Assembly (NCBI GenBank): GCA_010405405.1
Contig: MU004234.1
Span: forward strand, 726,993 to 762,642
DNA: 35,650 nucleotides
From: Microthyrium microscopicum
Taxonomy: Eukaryota
Direction: 5' to 3'
A model generated the notes under the pieces. The model saw nothing but the letters and a program-made list of their open reading frames with translations, ran no database searches and was not told the DNA's origin. Positions 1-11,199 of this stretch are shown piece by piece. Numbering within the stretch: the first letter of the stretch is position 1; every line of letters starts with the position of its first letter. The position numbers and the translations under genes are program-made.

Positions 1-1
1 C

Positions 2-904
2 AAATGCCATCACCATGAGCGCTGTCTCAGAGGCACACCACTGCAGTGTGTTGACTGTCGGACGATACCGCCCATCTCAGATACTATCTGGGAGCAACAA
101 AAATCAGACCAGCGCGCCGCCCAGACATATTTTAGTCCTGAATCAATTGCAAGAATCTTAAACCACCAAAACCCTTCATCCAAAGACCATCCACCTACGC
201 CTGATCTCAAAGCTATCAACCCTCTTACCACAGAAGCACTCACAAAACCCAATAGACAGCCAAACGCACCTGGCTTGACAGACGAGCTACTACACCGGGA
301 ATTACATCGCGAACCCGATTTTAGCCAAGTGAACGTGGATACTTTCAAAGATTTTACAGACAGTTCCGACGAATCATCGTCTGACGAAGGACCATTGGTT
401 GGTATTTCGGCACGAGGAAGTATGACAGCACATAGGAAAGTTGGGGATAAGCACGGCGGACGCCGAACACATCCTAACAAAAGCACAAAGACTGCGTTTC
501 CCGCAGCCAAGGAGCATCCGCTGAAGCCAGACATGGGGAATAAGGATCCTGGAGCAGTCGCTACTGCATCAGCGTCGAAGGAACAGCCTGTTGGGGACAG
601 TACTGCGAGTTCGAGTAAGGCAAAAGTTGTTTGGACAGAGGCGCCGCCAAAGACTGCTGCGGCGAAGGATTCGAAGAAGGCTGTGAAGAAGCCGGCGAGT
701 CTGAAGTCTGTAGATTTAAAGTCTGATGCCAGCGAGGGTAAGAAATGCGAATCGCGCAGTGTCGATTCCTTTGCTGACGAGTTGATAGATGCGGAGTGGC
801 ATATTGTTGATGGAGACGATCTCGATGGGATTGCGCAGCACAAGGAGGCGCCGAAGAAGAAAGGGACTGTCACAGGGTGGGCGAAGAAGAAGCTTTTCGG
901 ATAG
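2..904 (+). CDS. 5'-partial hypothetical protein; Cys/His-rich segment (KCHHHERC...CVDC) followed by a Ser/Lys/Ala/acidic low-complexity region
   Basis: The frame of ORF 275..904 is open back to position 2 (KCHHHERCLRGTPLQCVDCRTIPP...), so the start lies upstream of the window. Ends KKKLFG-TAG at 904. Confidence 0.7.
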   Translation, partial: KCHHHERCLRGTPLQCVDCRTIPPISDTIWEQQKSDQRAAQTYFSPESIARILNHQNPSSKDHPPTPDLKAINPLTTEALTKPNRQPNAPGLTDELLHRELHREPDFSQVNVDTFKDFTDSSDESSSDEGPLVGISARGSMTAHRKVGDKHGGRRTHPNKSTKTAFPAAKEHPLKPDMGNKDPGAVATASASKEQPVGDSTASSSKAKVVWTEAPPKTAAAKDSKKAVKKPASLKSVDLKSDASEGKKCESRSVDSFADELIDAEWHIVDGDDLDGIAQHKEAPKKKGTVTGWAKKKLFG

Positions 905-1131
905 ACGGGGCGTTTGCTGGATAGCAATATCTTGCTGGCGAACCAGAACCAGCAGGTTGAACTGTTGAATACATTATTGAGTGGTCCTTGCAGTCGAGAG
1001 CGTTTGGTGGCTGTGTGAGTCAGAAGGATCTACGAATATTATAAATCTGAATCGTAACTTATGAATATGTATTCTTCATGACCTTGCCCAACAGCTATCA
1101 CGAGAAACGGAGATGCCGCTGACCAACATCA

Positions 1132-1239
1132 TACGAATGCGTAGACAGTTCCCTAGACAATGTCTTGGGTAATTTCCTGGACATTTTCCTAGATAGAATC
1201 CTACAGTGTGTTTCGGGCAGTTTCTTAGATGATGTCAAA
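1132..1239 (-). repeat. Degenerate 12-bp minisatellite, consensus YAG GAA AHT GTC on the minus strand, about 9 units
   Basis: Minus-strand units: TAAGAAACTGCC / CGAAACACACTG / TAGGATTCTATC / TAGGAAAATGTC / CAGGAAATTACC / CAAGACATTGTC / TAGGGAACTGTC. Confidence 0.55.
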
Positions 1240-2428
1240 CATAGATGCTCAACTAAGTCATCATGATCCACACCGTAATAGATAAATCGCAGGATCGTAC
1301 TAACGAAGCATCGAAGTCAGGTCCATATGACGATGATGAACCCATGGCTGTATGTAGTATGGTACGAACAGGATCCCGACGTACTCCTAGGTGGGCAGAT
1401 GCAGAATAAGCAGCAAGGAGGATGAAGGATGAAGTTGGAGATAGGTAAAAATGGCGTTGGATGATCAAGATTGACCAGTGAGGTTCAAGTGACACGGCCA
1501 TTTTTATTCTTCTCTTGCATGCAGCAAGGATCGGGATCAACCTTAATTGGACAAAGGTTTCTAGAAGGCTTATGTTCAGAAGAGAATTCGACCCTCCACA
1601 ATCTGGGCATGCAGTCCTGTCAAGCATGCGAGTGGAGAAAGGTCGAAATGATTGATATGATAGGATCCCCAGCCATATGGATAAGGGAAGACCCGAATGG
1701 CGTGGATATCGTACTACAACGTACATGGTCTGGTGGCCGCGTAGGTCACCAAGGTGATTCTGGAGATCATTGGAGTTTTGCCGCTGTTCATGGTTCATGG
1801 GATTTTCTCTGGCTGGGACAGCATCGTGATGGCATGAGACCTGCGATAAAGTCCAGTGGCGATCTTAAAGTTGCAAGAGCCGCAAGTGATCACTTACATA
1901 CCAACCACAGCATTTGGTAACTAGCACAACTGGACAACTAACACGTGGATAAGGTGAAATACAGAGCAGAAAGCAAGAAGGAATGGGAGGAAGTTGAAGA
2001 TTAAAGAAAACGCCTCCATCTCAGAGCATAACCCCAGCAGCCAATCACAACACAGAGATGCCCATTTCTCCAACTTCACCCCTGGATGATCACAGCATCT
2101 GTAGCCGCCCACTCTGCATACTGGCCAGTCTTCCATCCAATCACTATCAAAATACTCCTCTGCTGCTCAACGGTCCCTGAAATAGATCCACGCCAGCAAC
2201 ATGGAGCGCTTACAGTTTTCCACATGCCGCTGCTTTAACTACGGCCTTCCTCGCGAGTCAACATGGGCCCGACCAATTTCATACGCTTTACCCAAGCAAA
2301 AAAATCGCCGGCATCAATATCACTGTGATAGCAAGCACTAGACCGCATCTTCGACCAGACCCGTCTCTCAACCCACCTGCTTAGCGAGGATCTCTGAAAA
2401 GTCATACTACAAAGCACTAGACTTGGAC

Positions 2429-3098
2429 ATGGCCAACTCCCTCCTCCTCGCCAGCGCGCTCGCTGTCTTCTCCTTCTCACACACTGCACTCGCTGCAACA
2501 CCAAGTCTACAAAACCGCGCCGCGACAACAACCGCAGCTTCAAGTTTTCCTACCATAACAGATACTGAAAATACCGGCGCCCTGGATACCAGCAGTTCCA
2601 ACGGCGTAGTCGCCGGCGCAGAAGGAGGCAGTTCAGGAGTCTTTGAAGTATCGACAGGAGCCATCGTCGGAATAGCGATTGGCGTAGCAGTCGTTGTCAT
2701 AGCATTCAGTACGTTCTCCCCTGCGCCAGCGGGCCACCCTTTACTCTGCCCACCCTCTTCCTCTTCCAATACTAACAATCCACCTAGTAACGCTCTGGGC
2801 CCTATGGTTCATCGCCCAACGCCGCGACTGGGCCTACCGCGACACCCTAAAATACGCTTCCCGCCGCATAACACGCCGCGCAGCCGTCCCACCCACCCCC
2901 CGCACACCAGGCCGCACACCCGGCTTCCCACCCACCGCTCCTAGAAAAGCGGCGTACAGAAATACGAATGTGTCGTATGATGCGGATATGGAGCGTGGGA
3001 CTGCGGTGCCGAAGAAGAGTGCGAAGCCGAATAAGAGTGCTATGAAGCCGTTTCCAGGGTGGCTGGAGGAGGATGATGAGAAGGGGATGGTGCGGTAG
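2429..3098 (+). CDS. Single-pass membrane protein: signal peptide, Ser/Thr-rich ectodomain, TM helix, basic cytoplasmic tail; about 196 aa
   Basis: ATG 2429 with signal peptide MANSLLLASALAVFSFSHTALA. Intron 2709-2787 (GTACGT..ACTAAC..TAG). Spliced TM GAIVGIAIGVAVVVIAFITLWALWFIAQRR, stop TAG 3096-3098. Confidence 0.85.
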
Positions 3099-3604
3099 TG
3101 GATTTGGAAGGAAAGGGGAGAGATAGGGTGTATATGGGATAAGGGGAGGGGAGAAATGTATATAGATAATGTGTGGCATGTATAAGGCGTTTTTGTGGGC
3201 GCTGAGGGAGCTCGCTGGTGAGTTTTCTTGAGCGTGTGGAAAGCATATTAGCGTTCTGTTGTAGCCTTTTGATTTTGCAGGTGGATAGCTTGCAATGCAT
3301 GAACTTTTGATTGTTCATCTGACTCGTTTGTGTTCCTGCTTTGGTGTCTGCTATTGTGATTCATGGTGGTCTACGCTTGGTCTGCTTGGTACTGGTATGC
3401 TATGAGCCCATGTGGTCAGCACTGGACTCTCATCTTCTTCCTGTTCGTCTCTTGGACGTGATATATTCTGCTTTTATCCATATGACAATGCGTTATGCTC
3501 GCAATGAGTATCTCAAGTATTAATTGGCCTTCGCCAGTCTTCACTCCTGATTCCCCAACGCCCTGCCCAGACTCCCAAAACTCCCATGCTATCAAAGTCC
3601 ACAC

Positions 3605-4652
3605 TCATTTCGTCAAATATCCCAAATAATCCGCAACAATCAACGTTACCATCCTGGGTCAAATGATTAGCATATTATCCACCATTCAAAAACTGGACTC
3701 CAACTTACGCATGTGGTGCAATCCGCACATAATACGTTGCAAAACCTCTATAAAACCTCAACAAGCCTTCTTCTTTCGCCACCTTTTTGAAACAATCCAT
3801 CATTCCCTTATACGGTAGTGTTCCATCTGGTCGCTTACTCTGCTTCTGTAGCCGCGTCTTGACAAAGTCAAACGGCAGACTGAAAAAGCTCGCGAAAAAG
3901 CCCGCCACCCCACTGGCACATAACGTCTGCGTTCGAGGTCCAAGTCCTGTATCTTTGAGCCGCGTCTTTGCTTCGGAGAAGAAGGCTAGTTGGCCGAAAT
4001 TGAGTGCCATGGCGCGGACGACAGTTGGATATGCACCTGCCCACAGCGCAGTGACGCCCTCTGCTTTCGCGATCCTCGTGAGTGCATCAAGGACATTCTT
4101 ATAGTTGGCTCTTTCGGCTTTTGGTTTGAGGCCGTCTGATTGCATTCGTATGAGGGCGAGATCTGCTGGGTTCCCCACAATCGCCGCCAACCCACCCGCC
4201 GTAAGACCAGCCGCCGCACGCTCACTAAACCCAATACCCTTTCCCTTCGCTTTCGCCCTTTCCGTCAATTTTCCCATAAACGTATCGAAGAAACCCAATC
4301 GTGCCGTCGTATACACCGCCTGCCGTAGCAGACCAGCGGACAAGCCAGTGTAGAGGTCAAGTACTTTGCCAGCGGCAATGACTTCCCGGGCGACGCTCAA
4401 CGGTGTAGGTCGGGGACCGGTTTTTATGCCTTCGCCGGCAAGTTGGAGACGTACTTTTATCATGTCGATGGGCTGAATGGCAGCTGTGGCAGACATGCCT
4501 GCGAGACCGCCGTTGATGAAGGGGAGGGCTGGTCGGATGTAGGGATTGTGGAGGACGGAGGAGGTTGTTTGGGAAGGGTTTGCTGCTGCTGACGATAATG
4601 CTTCTGGAGCTTGAGAGAGCTTGTCTTTAGCTTTGTCGATAGAGGAGGACAT
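3605..4652 (-). CDS. Mitochondrial 2-oxoglutarate/malate (dicarboxylate) carrier, SLC25 family, 330 aa
   Basis: Three carrier signature repeats (PIDMIKVRLQ, PADLALIRMQ, PFDFVKTRLQ) plus GLLRQAVYTTARLG. Intron 3708-3654 (GTAAGT..GCTAAT..CAG) restores the C-terminus AMVTLIVADYLGYLTK*. Confidence 0.95.
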
Positions 4653-6605
4653 TGTGGTGGTTTGGTTGGTTATGATATGAGTGATCTGCTTGGACGGGCG
4701 TGGTTCAAAGAAAGTGTATATGCTGGAGAGCTTGTGTATGAGGCTCTAAAATTCGGAGAATATTTTGTCGGTGCCAGTGACGTGGAATTAACTGTGCGAA
4801 TATATGGGATGAAGATCTGGTAGAGTAGCAAGATCGGTGGTTAGCGGTCCACATAAAATCCAATGTTTATGGTGGAGCTTCAGAGGAACAGGAATCTATC
4901 GACCAGCGTTAACACACAGAGATAGCACACTGCGAGACAATGGCCCCCAGCTCATGTTATACAATGGCATGTCCATGGGTAAGACATGGTGTTTGCCGGT
5001 CAAAACATTAGTAGGAAAGACCCATAGCGCCGAACATTTCCGGCCAGCGTCGGTTGTATCTCGACTCTCAAGCCGTGGACTAGCGGAAGTAGGAAAAAAT
5101 GAAGGCATACCAAGTCAGCATTCACCAATACCTCATTCCTTGTCTCTTACTCTCCTCTATCGGCGACCTACGGGTCTCAACGTCACCGCCGTGGAATATG
5201 CGTGGTGGTGTTCAAGGCTAGATTCCAGCCTTGTCGTGGGGGTCAATTTGGAGGGGTATCAATTGTATGAAACGGCTTCTGGTACTTGTAAACTGGTATT
5301 GTTCACTGTCAACCTGATTCTTTGACGAAGTTGCAATTTGAAGAAGAGAGATTGTGCGAAAAGAGACGAGATACCCAGGTCGCTCGGAAAGAGGAGTCGT
5401 TGTAGTGATACCAGTACTCTCGCTCGATCAATGGTGACCAGGACGGCTTTCTACCCCGCTCCGAGTCAACAAGCTGCCAATGATCGACCCTTGTGCTCAT
5501 AAACCCGCAGTTTACATTAAAAAAGCGAGGGATACGTCGGCCGGAAGGGCTGCTCATTGGCGACAGTCTAGCCTGTACTGGTACTTTGTTTGCCGGCGCG
5601 TTCTCCTTTCTGTGTGATTGCGAACTGCGATGTATATGAGGGCTTGTATGGATGTCGTGTACAGCTCCTAGGGCGGACAACCTCGGGTGATTGTGTTAAG
5701 TAGAAGCTGCGATGATTTGGCCTCTTTTCAGTGTTTTCAGAAGCGAGGCTGGTCGATACTATCCCGCGTTCGGATGAAGGGTAGATGTGTGGTTGGTTGC
5801 TCGTGGTGTTGAGTGTCGCGTGTGTAAAGTCCTCATTTTCTGGTGACGTCACTGCCATCTTTTCGTCCAACTTCATGTCAACAACCACCACAAGTAAGAT
5901 TGCGGCCAGTAGGCTGAGATGCTTGTAAGCTTTGCCAGAAGTCCGATATGATAATGGTCTTCGACTCAGAAACCGCTTTGGGGTGAAACGCGAGCAGACT
6001 ATCCAGAAATTACCTTCGATATTAGATTTTGATTCCTCAACCTCTTTTCGCGACTCGAGATGAGAGTCATATCTATCGTTATATGTCTCACTGAAGTCAA
6101 TCGTTGTATGAGACGGGAAGTGGTAGACGTCATTATATTGTCTATCCTAACCGAAGACCCGTATTCAACATCAAAAAGCTGACAAAGACCACTCGCAATT
6201 CAAAGCAACAAGCTTTAATTGGTCTTCATCCCCTTTCCGAATTTTTTCATACGCGACATGCTGTAACATCAAAAGTCTTGGGTAGAGCAAGAACATTACC
6301 AACCCAATGCTGACGTTTTAGTACAGAATGTCTGGTGCTCCAAGGACCGTGCAAAATGAAGATGATGAAATCGAACAAAGCTCCAATGTCTGGGACTACA
6401 AAGCTCAGTGGCATTGACATAAAAAGGCTGTTGACCTTTTGCAGAAGACTTGAAGCATGTAAGGAAATCGTGAACGAAATGTCCAACACATGTCGTGCTG
6501 GACAAAATGCTTCCAGCGGCTGATTGAGATAAAGCCCGACTAGCCTTCGGTTATCTGATTTGATAAGGGTCTCCAGTATCTCCCCAGAGATTCGAAACGT
6601 CGGAT

Positions 6606-7401
6606 TCAGACGGCATCATCGTTGTCTTCATCCTCTTCCTCACTTGGCTCATGCCAGGTAATGGTAGGAGGCTTAAGACTCTCAGCTCCTGCAGCAATCA
6701 GTCGTTTGATCTGTAAATGGCGTGCAATGATGCTCTGGCGAGCAGCTGCAGGACCTCCAGACATCGGGATGTGTTTGCATGCAGTAGCAATGGCATCAAA
6801 CTTTACTTCGCGACGTTCCTCCAGGAGGTCTTCTATCTGGCCGGCAGCCACCCTGAGTTCCCTCTCTATCCTGTCTTCGAGCAGTGGAGGGTCTAAAGGA
6901 GGAAAGTCGGCCAGTCGGACCCTGTCATTATCGATGAAAGCTGCACGGGTAACGATCCGTTTGTAGTAATTGCTGAACTGTTCGTCGAGGCTGTTGTCGA
7001 TCATCATCTGGTCTGCAACTATCGAAGTTAGCTTCACACTATCATATGATTTGGTTTGACTCATAACAAATATAACTGGATCTGAATGGAAAGAACTCAC
7101 GTAATCGTCGGAACGTGAAACGCCCGTGGACGACTCCAATATGAACGTCAAGATCTTCGTCAGTTCGAAAGAGCTTCAGGCAAAGCTTGTCTGAGTTGTC
7201 AACTGTACATCGGCATAGCAATTCGCCTGGAACAAGGACAACCAAGCCGCCATCTTCTTCATAGAACTTGACTGAGTTTCGAATCTGGACTGGTATGCCC
7301 GATTTGATTCTCAACGCAAACCCTTGGAGAAGTCCAAAGTACGCCAGATAATTCTCATTGGATTCCAGACGCTTAGGATATATACTCGGGATGAGCGACA
7401 T
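6606..7401 (-). CDS. Hypothetical protein with one C2H2-like zinc finger and an acidic C-terminus, 237 aa
   Basis: ORFs 7042..7401 and 6606..7151 join in frame through intron 7100-7019 (GTGAGT..GCTAAC..TAG). Motif C(R)C..CLKLFRTDEDLDVHIGVVH fits C-x3-F-x5-L-x2-H-x4-H. Upstream TATAAAG at 7713-7707 and a candidate 5'UTR intron donor at 7580. Confidence 0.7.
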
Positions 7402-8632
7402 CGTGCGGTAGATGTAAGAACTAGAGCAGAAATAGGAGGAATATAGACTGTGGCTCGAGTGTTTATAATCCTCCGGAAGTTTTCTCTCTTGGCTGAGGCC
7501 TGATGTCCCGAAGAAAACTTAAGACTTTGCGTTAGCAAGAAAAATCGCGATCACGAGATTGCAGCTGGTCACTGACTTACTGATTGATGCTTCGACTGCG
7601 GTATGTGCTTGTTGTTGCGATGTGCTTGCTTCCGGCAAGATGCTCAATTTTCAACCAAGGATAGAAGAATAGGAAGAGTTGATGGAGCAGAGGAGCCAGC
7701 AATGGACTTTATACCAGCCAAGGCGCATCAGTTATTCACTTTGCTCAACAACTCACGCTAAATAACCATCCCAAGGCTCTAGCTTCCAAGTTCAACGCTG
7801 AAGAAGTGAGTCCTGAGATCGCTGCATTGATACCTACTCATCGAACCATGATGAGCGAAAGCTTAAGCGCTTGGCTCGCTCAAAGCTCACTCATTGATTG
7901 GCAGTGATACCAACTCGTGGTGACGTTTTCGAGTGTAGCTGCTACTGGAAGCGGTTGTTCGGGTTGAAGTATGGGCAGCAATTGGAAACCGCACATTGGC
8001 ATACTCGGTCTAGTGGAGCTCGCAGTTGCTCTATGCGAGTGCCTGGGAATGGGATTCATACAGTGCTTCAGATCAAAGTGAGTGGAGATTGGCACCAGAT
8101 GATACTAAAAGTGAGTTTGTGATATTATAACAGTCCGGGCTGGAAAATTGGAAACGATGGCAGAACCAAGTTGGATACACAAATGTGCTTCACTCGAGTG
8201 GCTAATCATGGGAAGAGCTAACCCTGGGATATACAGAGGCAGGAGTCATGTGTTTTTGGAGTGTTTGGCAGATATTCTACATGCTGAGACTGTGGTGTCC
8301 ATTTCCACTCGTTCTTAACAAAAGGTCCAAACAAGGCATAGCACTTTCCATCCTGACAACACAAGCAATCATAATGTCACGATGAACGCAGAACAATAGT
8401 TTGGTAGAAATCCAAATCGAGCAGGAATTGATTCATTACTCCGTCAAGAACAACTTCTCGGGTATAGCATCTCGATACATCACTGAAATCTCGATAAGAG
8501 TACACAGTCGTTATTGTAGAAGGCTACAACAAAGTTTCATAGTAGTCCTAATTTTCCTTGTCTTCTGTGTGCTCATCATCGTCTCTATCACCGTCCTAAG
8601 TCTCAGCTTTGTATTAATCAATGTCTTCATCC

Positions 8633-9386
8633 TCATGATTCATCCAATTCTTCGTCCTCATCAGACTTTTCCTCTTCATCAGACTTTTCCTCTTCATCAG
8701 ACTCTTCCTCTTCATCAGACTCTTCCTCTTCATCAGATTCCTCGATTTCATCGAAGCCTTTTTCTTCCTCGCTGTCTGTAAATGGATCCATGGCACCCCA
8801 ATATACCCTCTTGAGCAAATTATTATCGTGCTCCCAGAAATACCTAGCGAAAATTAGCATAACACTCTTACAGAATAAGATAGCAAATGGATTAGGTCAC
8901 GTACTTTGTTTCTCGGATTGGTGTTCGATCTTTGCAGTCAAGGCAAGTCTCAACAAGATGATCCTTACGATCTAGCCACGCGAGGAAGTCTGTTTGAAAC
9001 TGGCTGTACCAAGCAATCTGGCGGGACAAAGGTCCGTCATAGTCATGTCGGTGATAGTCCCATCCTCGACCCTTCCGGCATACCTCTACGACTCTGAAGC
9101 AAGTAGCCTTCCGGTACGATTCGCAGCCACAGCAGTAGAGGACTTTTAGACGGTGCAGAGAGTGAGTGCCACCCTTAGTCAGAAATCGCAGGTAAGCTAG
9201 ATCCGGAAAGGTGCCATCTTCGATCAGAAAGTCGGTGTTGGTCGGAGCGACAATGATGACGTGGTATGCTTTGGAGACTGTGCGAAGGGAAAGCTTGTCC
9301 ATGGCGCCAAGGTACTGGATGATATCGAGTTTGAGCTCATTGGGAATTCCTTGGAGCGAAGCGCGGGGAGGGACGTGAGCGGCCAT
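8633..9386 (-). CDS. F-box + CxxC/CxxC zinc-binding protein, array copy A, with acidic repeat tail; 230 aa from ATG 9386, or 239 aa from ATT 9469
   Basis: F-box ASLQGIPNELKLDIIQYLGAMDKLSLRTVSK; YCCGCESYR..F and ETCLDC. Intron 8904-8844 (GTACGT..GCTAAT..TAG) joins to YFWEHDNNLLKR...EESD repeats. Upstream intron 9458-9403. Confidence 0.85.
8658..8737 (-). repeat. 18-bp coding tandem repeat, about 4.4 copies, encoding (EEE[EK]SD)n
   Basis: Plus-strand unit TCATCAGACTYTTCCTCT starts at 8658, 8676, 8694 and 8712, with a partial copy at 8730. Confidence 0.9.
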
Positions 9387-9544
9387 CGAAACTTGTTGAG
9401 GACTGTCTGGCTGTTAGGATGCTATTTTATCTTTCAGGGAGAGAAAAAATATGCTTACGGAGTTTCAATCTTTTTGATATTTCGAAGTGGGCTGATTTTG
9501 AAGATTGTTGTCGGAGGGAAGCAGAGATTACAAAAGCGATGGTG

Positions 9545-9551
9545 CTATATA
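9545..9551 (-). promoter_or_regulatory. TATA box of F-box copy A
   Basis: TATATAG on the minus strand, 82 nt upstream of the leader-exon start (ATT 9469); same spacing as in the other three paralogs. Confidence 0.65.
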
Positions 9552-9879
9552 CACCAAGAATGCGGGTCGCAAAATCACCTATGATGTCAATTTTTGAAAG
9601 CCTAGTCACACGTGCAGTCAAGGATGAGACTGAGACTGAGGTTTCAAGGCTTAATTGGGGATGCTTAAGGTAAAGCTCTCATCGCTTAGGAAACGGCAAA
9701 AGCCGAGTTATAGCACGATGTGGAAGGCAGTGTTGTTGATCTTCTGTAGGTAGCTTCTTCTTCCGGGTTGTGATACTGCAGAGCTAATCACAGGAAAATC
9801 AAGATGCTTGGTTTGGATATCATTGATCGAATGTGCTACCGCCCACACTTCCAGCTACCTACTTTAGGTACCCGTGTAC

Positions 9880-10559
9880 CTAGGTAGGTACGACATATAC
9901 GTGCCGGACCCGAAACTCTTCCAACAATCCCTCAAAATCCACAAGCCAAATGTAACTACGAGTACGAATTAGCACAAACCCTATAAACTCAAAAGTGTAA
10001 AGGCCAACAGACACCTCTGCCTTAAGAACATCTGAAAGTTCGCAATCAATACAGGTCTCCAGACGCCAATGTTTGTGGCGTCTCCACTTCCCTAAGTCTT
10101 GGTTGAAATGGAAGCTCACGTTCCGCGAGACGGCGGATTCGATACCACTATACCAGTGCTCTGGCTGTGCAGCGTACGAAGAATGCCGCTCAATATTTTG
10201 GGACATTCGACCCATTCTGAAATTCTTGATCTTGCGATATTTTCGACATTCAGCGCAGTGAAGAACTGGGATGTTCTGGAATCGACGGTTGCGAACGAGG
10301 TCATCATTTGCCGGGAGATCGGTGATAAGGGTGTGGTAATCTTTGGAAAGAGCATGAAGAGCCAGTTTTCCTAGTGGGTCCAGGTGCTTCACTATCTCAA
10401 GCTTCAGCTCTGCCGGAATACCTTGGAGAGAAGCGCAGGGAGGTAGTGGGAGTGGTGGACGAGTGGCCATGTTGGGTGCTGGAGCTCTATAATGATTCAT
10501 GTTAGAGCTGTTAATGACTTGAGAAGCTAAAGAAAAGGATATACTCACAGCTCTGCCAT
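9880..10559 (-). CDS. F-box + CxxC/CxxC zinc-binding protein, array copy B, about 186 aa
   Basis: Leader exon ATG GCA GAG CT (10559-10549) and intron 10548-10487. F-box ASLQGIPAELKLEIVKHLDPLGKLALHALSK; HCAECRKYR..F and ETCIDC. Probable 57-nt in-frame intron 10012-9956 (weak donor GTCTGT) before YIW; TAG 9882-9880. Confidence 0.8.
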
Positions 10560-10633
10560 GGCGTAGTGAGGCCCCTTTCGCAGAAGGTTGTAAGAGTGTT
10601 GCAACAGAGTCGAAGATGAAGTGCGGGATAAGA

Positions 10634-10640
10634 CTTTATA
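10634..10640 (-). promoter_or_regulatory. TATA box of F-box copy B; a CRE-like TGACGTCA lies at 10669-10676
   Basis: TATAAAG on the minus strand, 81 nt upstream of ATG 10559. Confidence 0.65.
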
Positions 10641-11199
10641 CTGTCCAAAAATCCAAGTGGGAAAACTTTGACGTCAGCCTAATTTGGGAAAGTGCCGGGT
10701 GTGATTGAGGACCCGAGTATTTGGGAAGGAGCAGAACAGGACAAATGACATGACCCATTACAGAAGCCGACTGAGCTCTGACGTGTTTTTCCTTCCGAAT
10801 GTGAGGACTGTGGAAGAGGAAGAGCGATCAAAGCTAGCAATCGCTTAGAATTTTGATATATCGTCGGGTTGAAGCCTCTGGGTTAGCTAGTGTTGTGTTC
10901 GGATCGAAGAGAAGTAGCACACTCTTGGCCTAGCAATGTGAAATTATTCGAAACCTAAGCCGGATAGGTTTGATGGTCGGGAGATGTTCGTGGCTGTTGA
11001 TATGAGCTAAGCTGAGAGAAACCACATACACTTATCACATTCATCGAACGCAATGATATCTTTAATTCCCATTAGCTATGGTATCCCGTCTTTTGTGAAT
11101 ATAAGAGCAGGCCAGAGCAACACAAGGAATCCGGAGCGAGAGCAGCAGAGAGCAGCCAGTGCCTCAAGTATAGCTAGCATCTCACCTCTTTTCTTCCTC

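Noticed and set aside
10..927. 305-aa minus-strand ORF
   Set aside because: Antisense shadow of the low-complexity plus-strand gene; no recognisable motifs.
1253..2136. ORFs 1253..1798, 1471..1920 and 1921..2136
   Set aside because: No family motifs or convincing spliced model; may be non-coding or a decayed gene.
4837..6523. Several 60-160 aa ORFs between the carrier and the C2H2-like gene
   Set aside because: They could not be joined into a consistent frame; reading through the TAG at 5568 gives only 16 more codons.
8658..8737. Regular repeats as a CRISPR-like array
   Set aside because: Eukaryotic context, no spacers, and the repeats are in frame as an acidic coding tract.
9566..9575. 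GTCGCAAAA, an Ndt80/MSE-like site upstream of F-box copy A
   Set aside because: Not present at the equivalent position in the other three copies; a short motif expected by chance.
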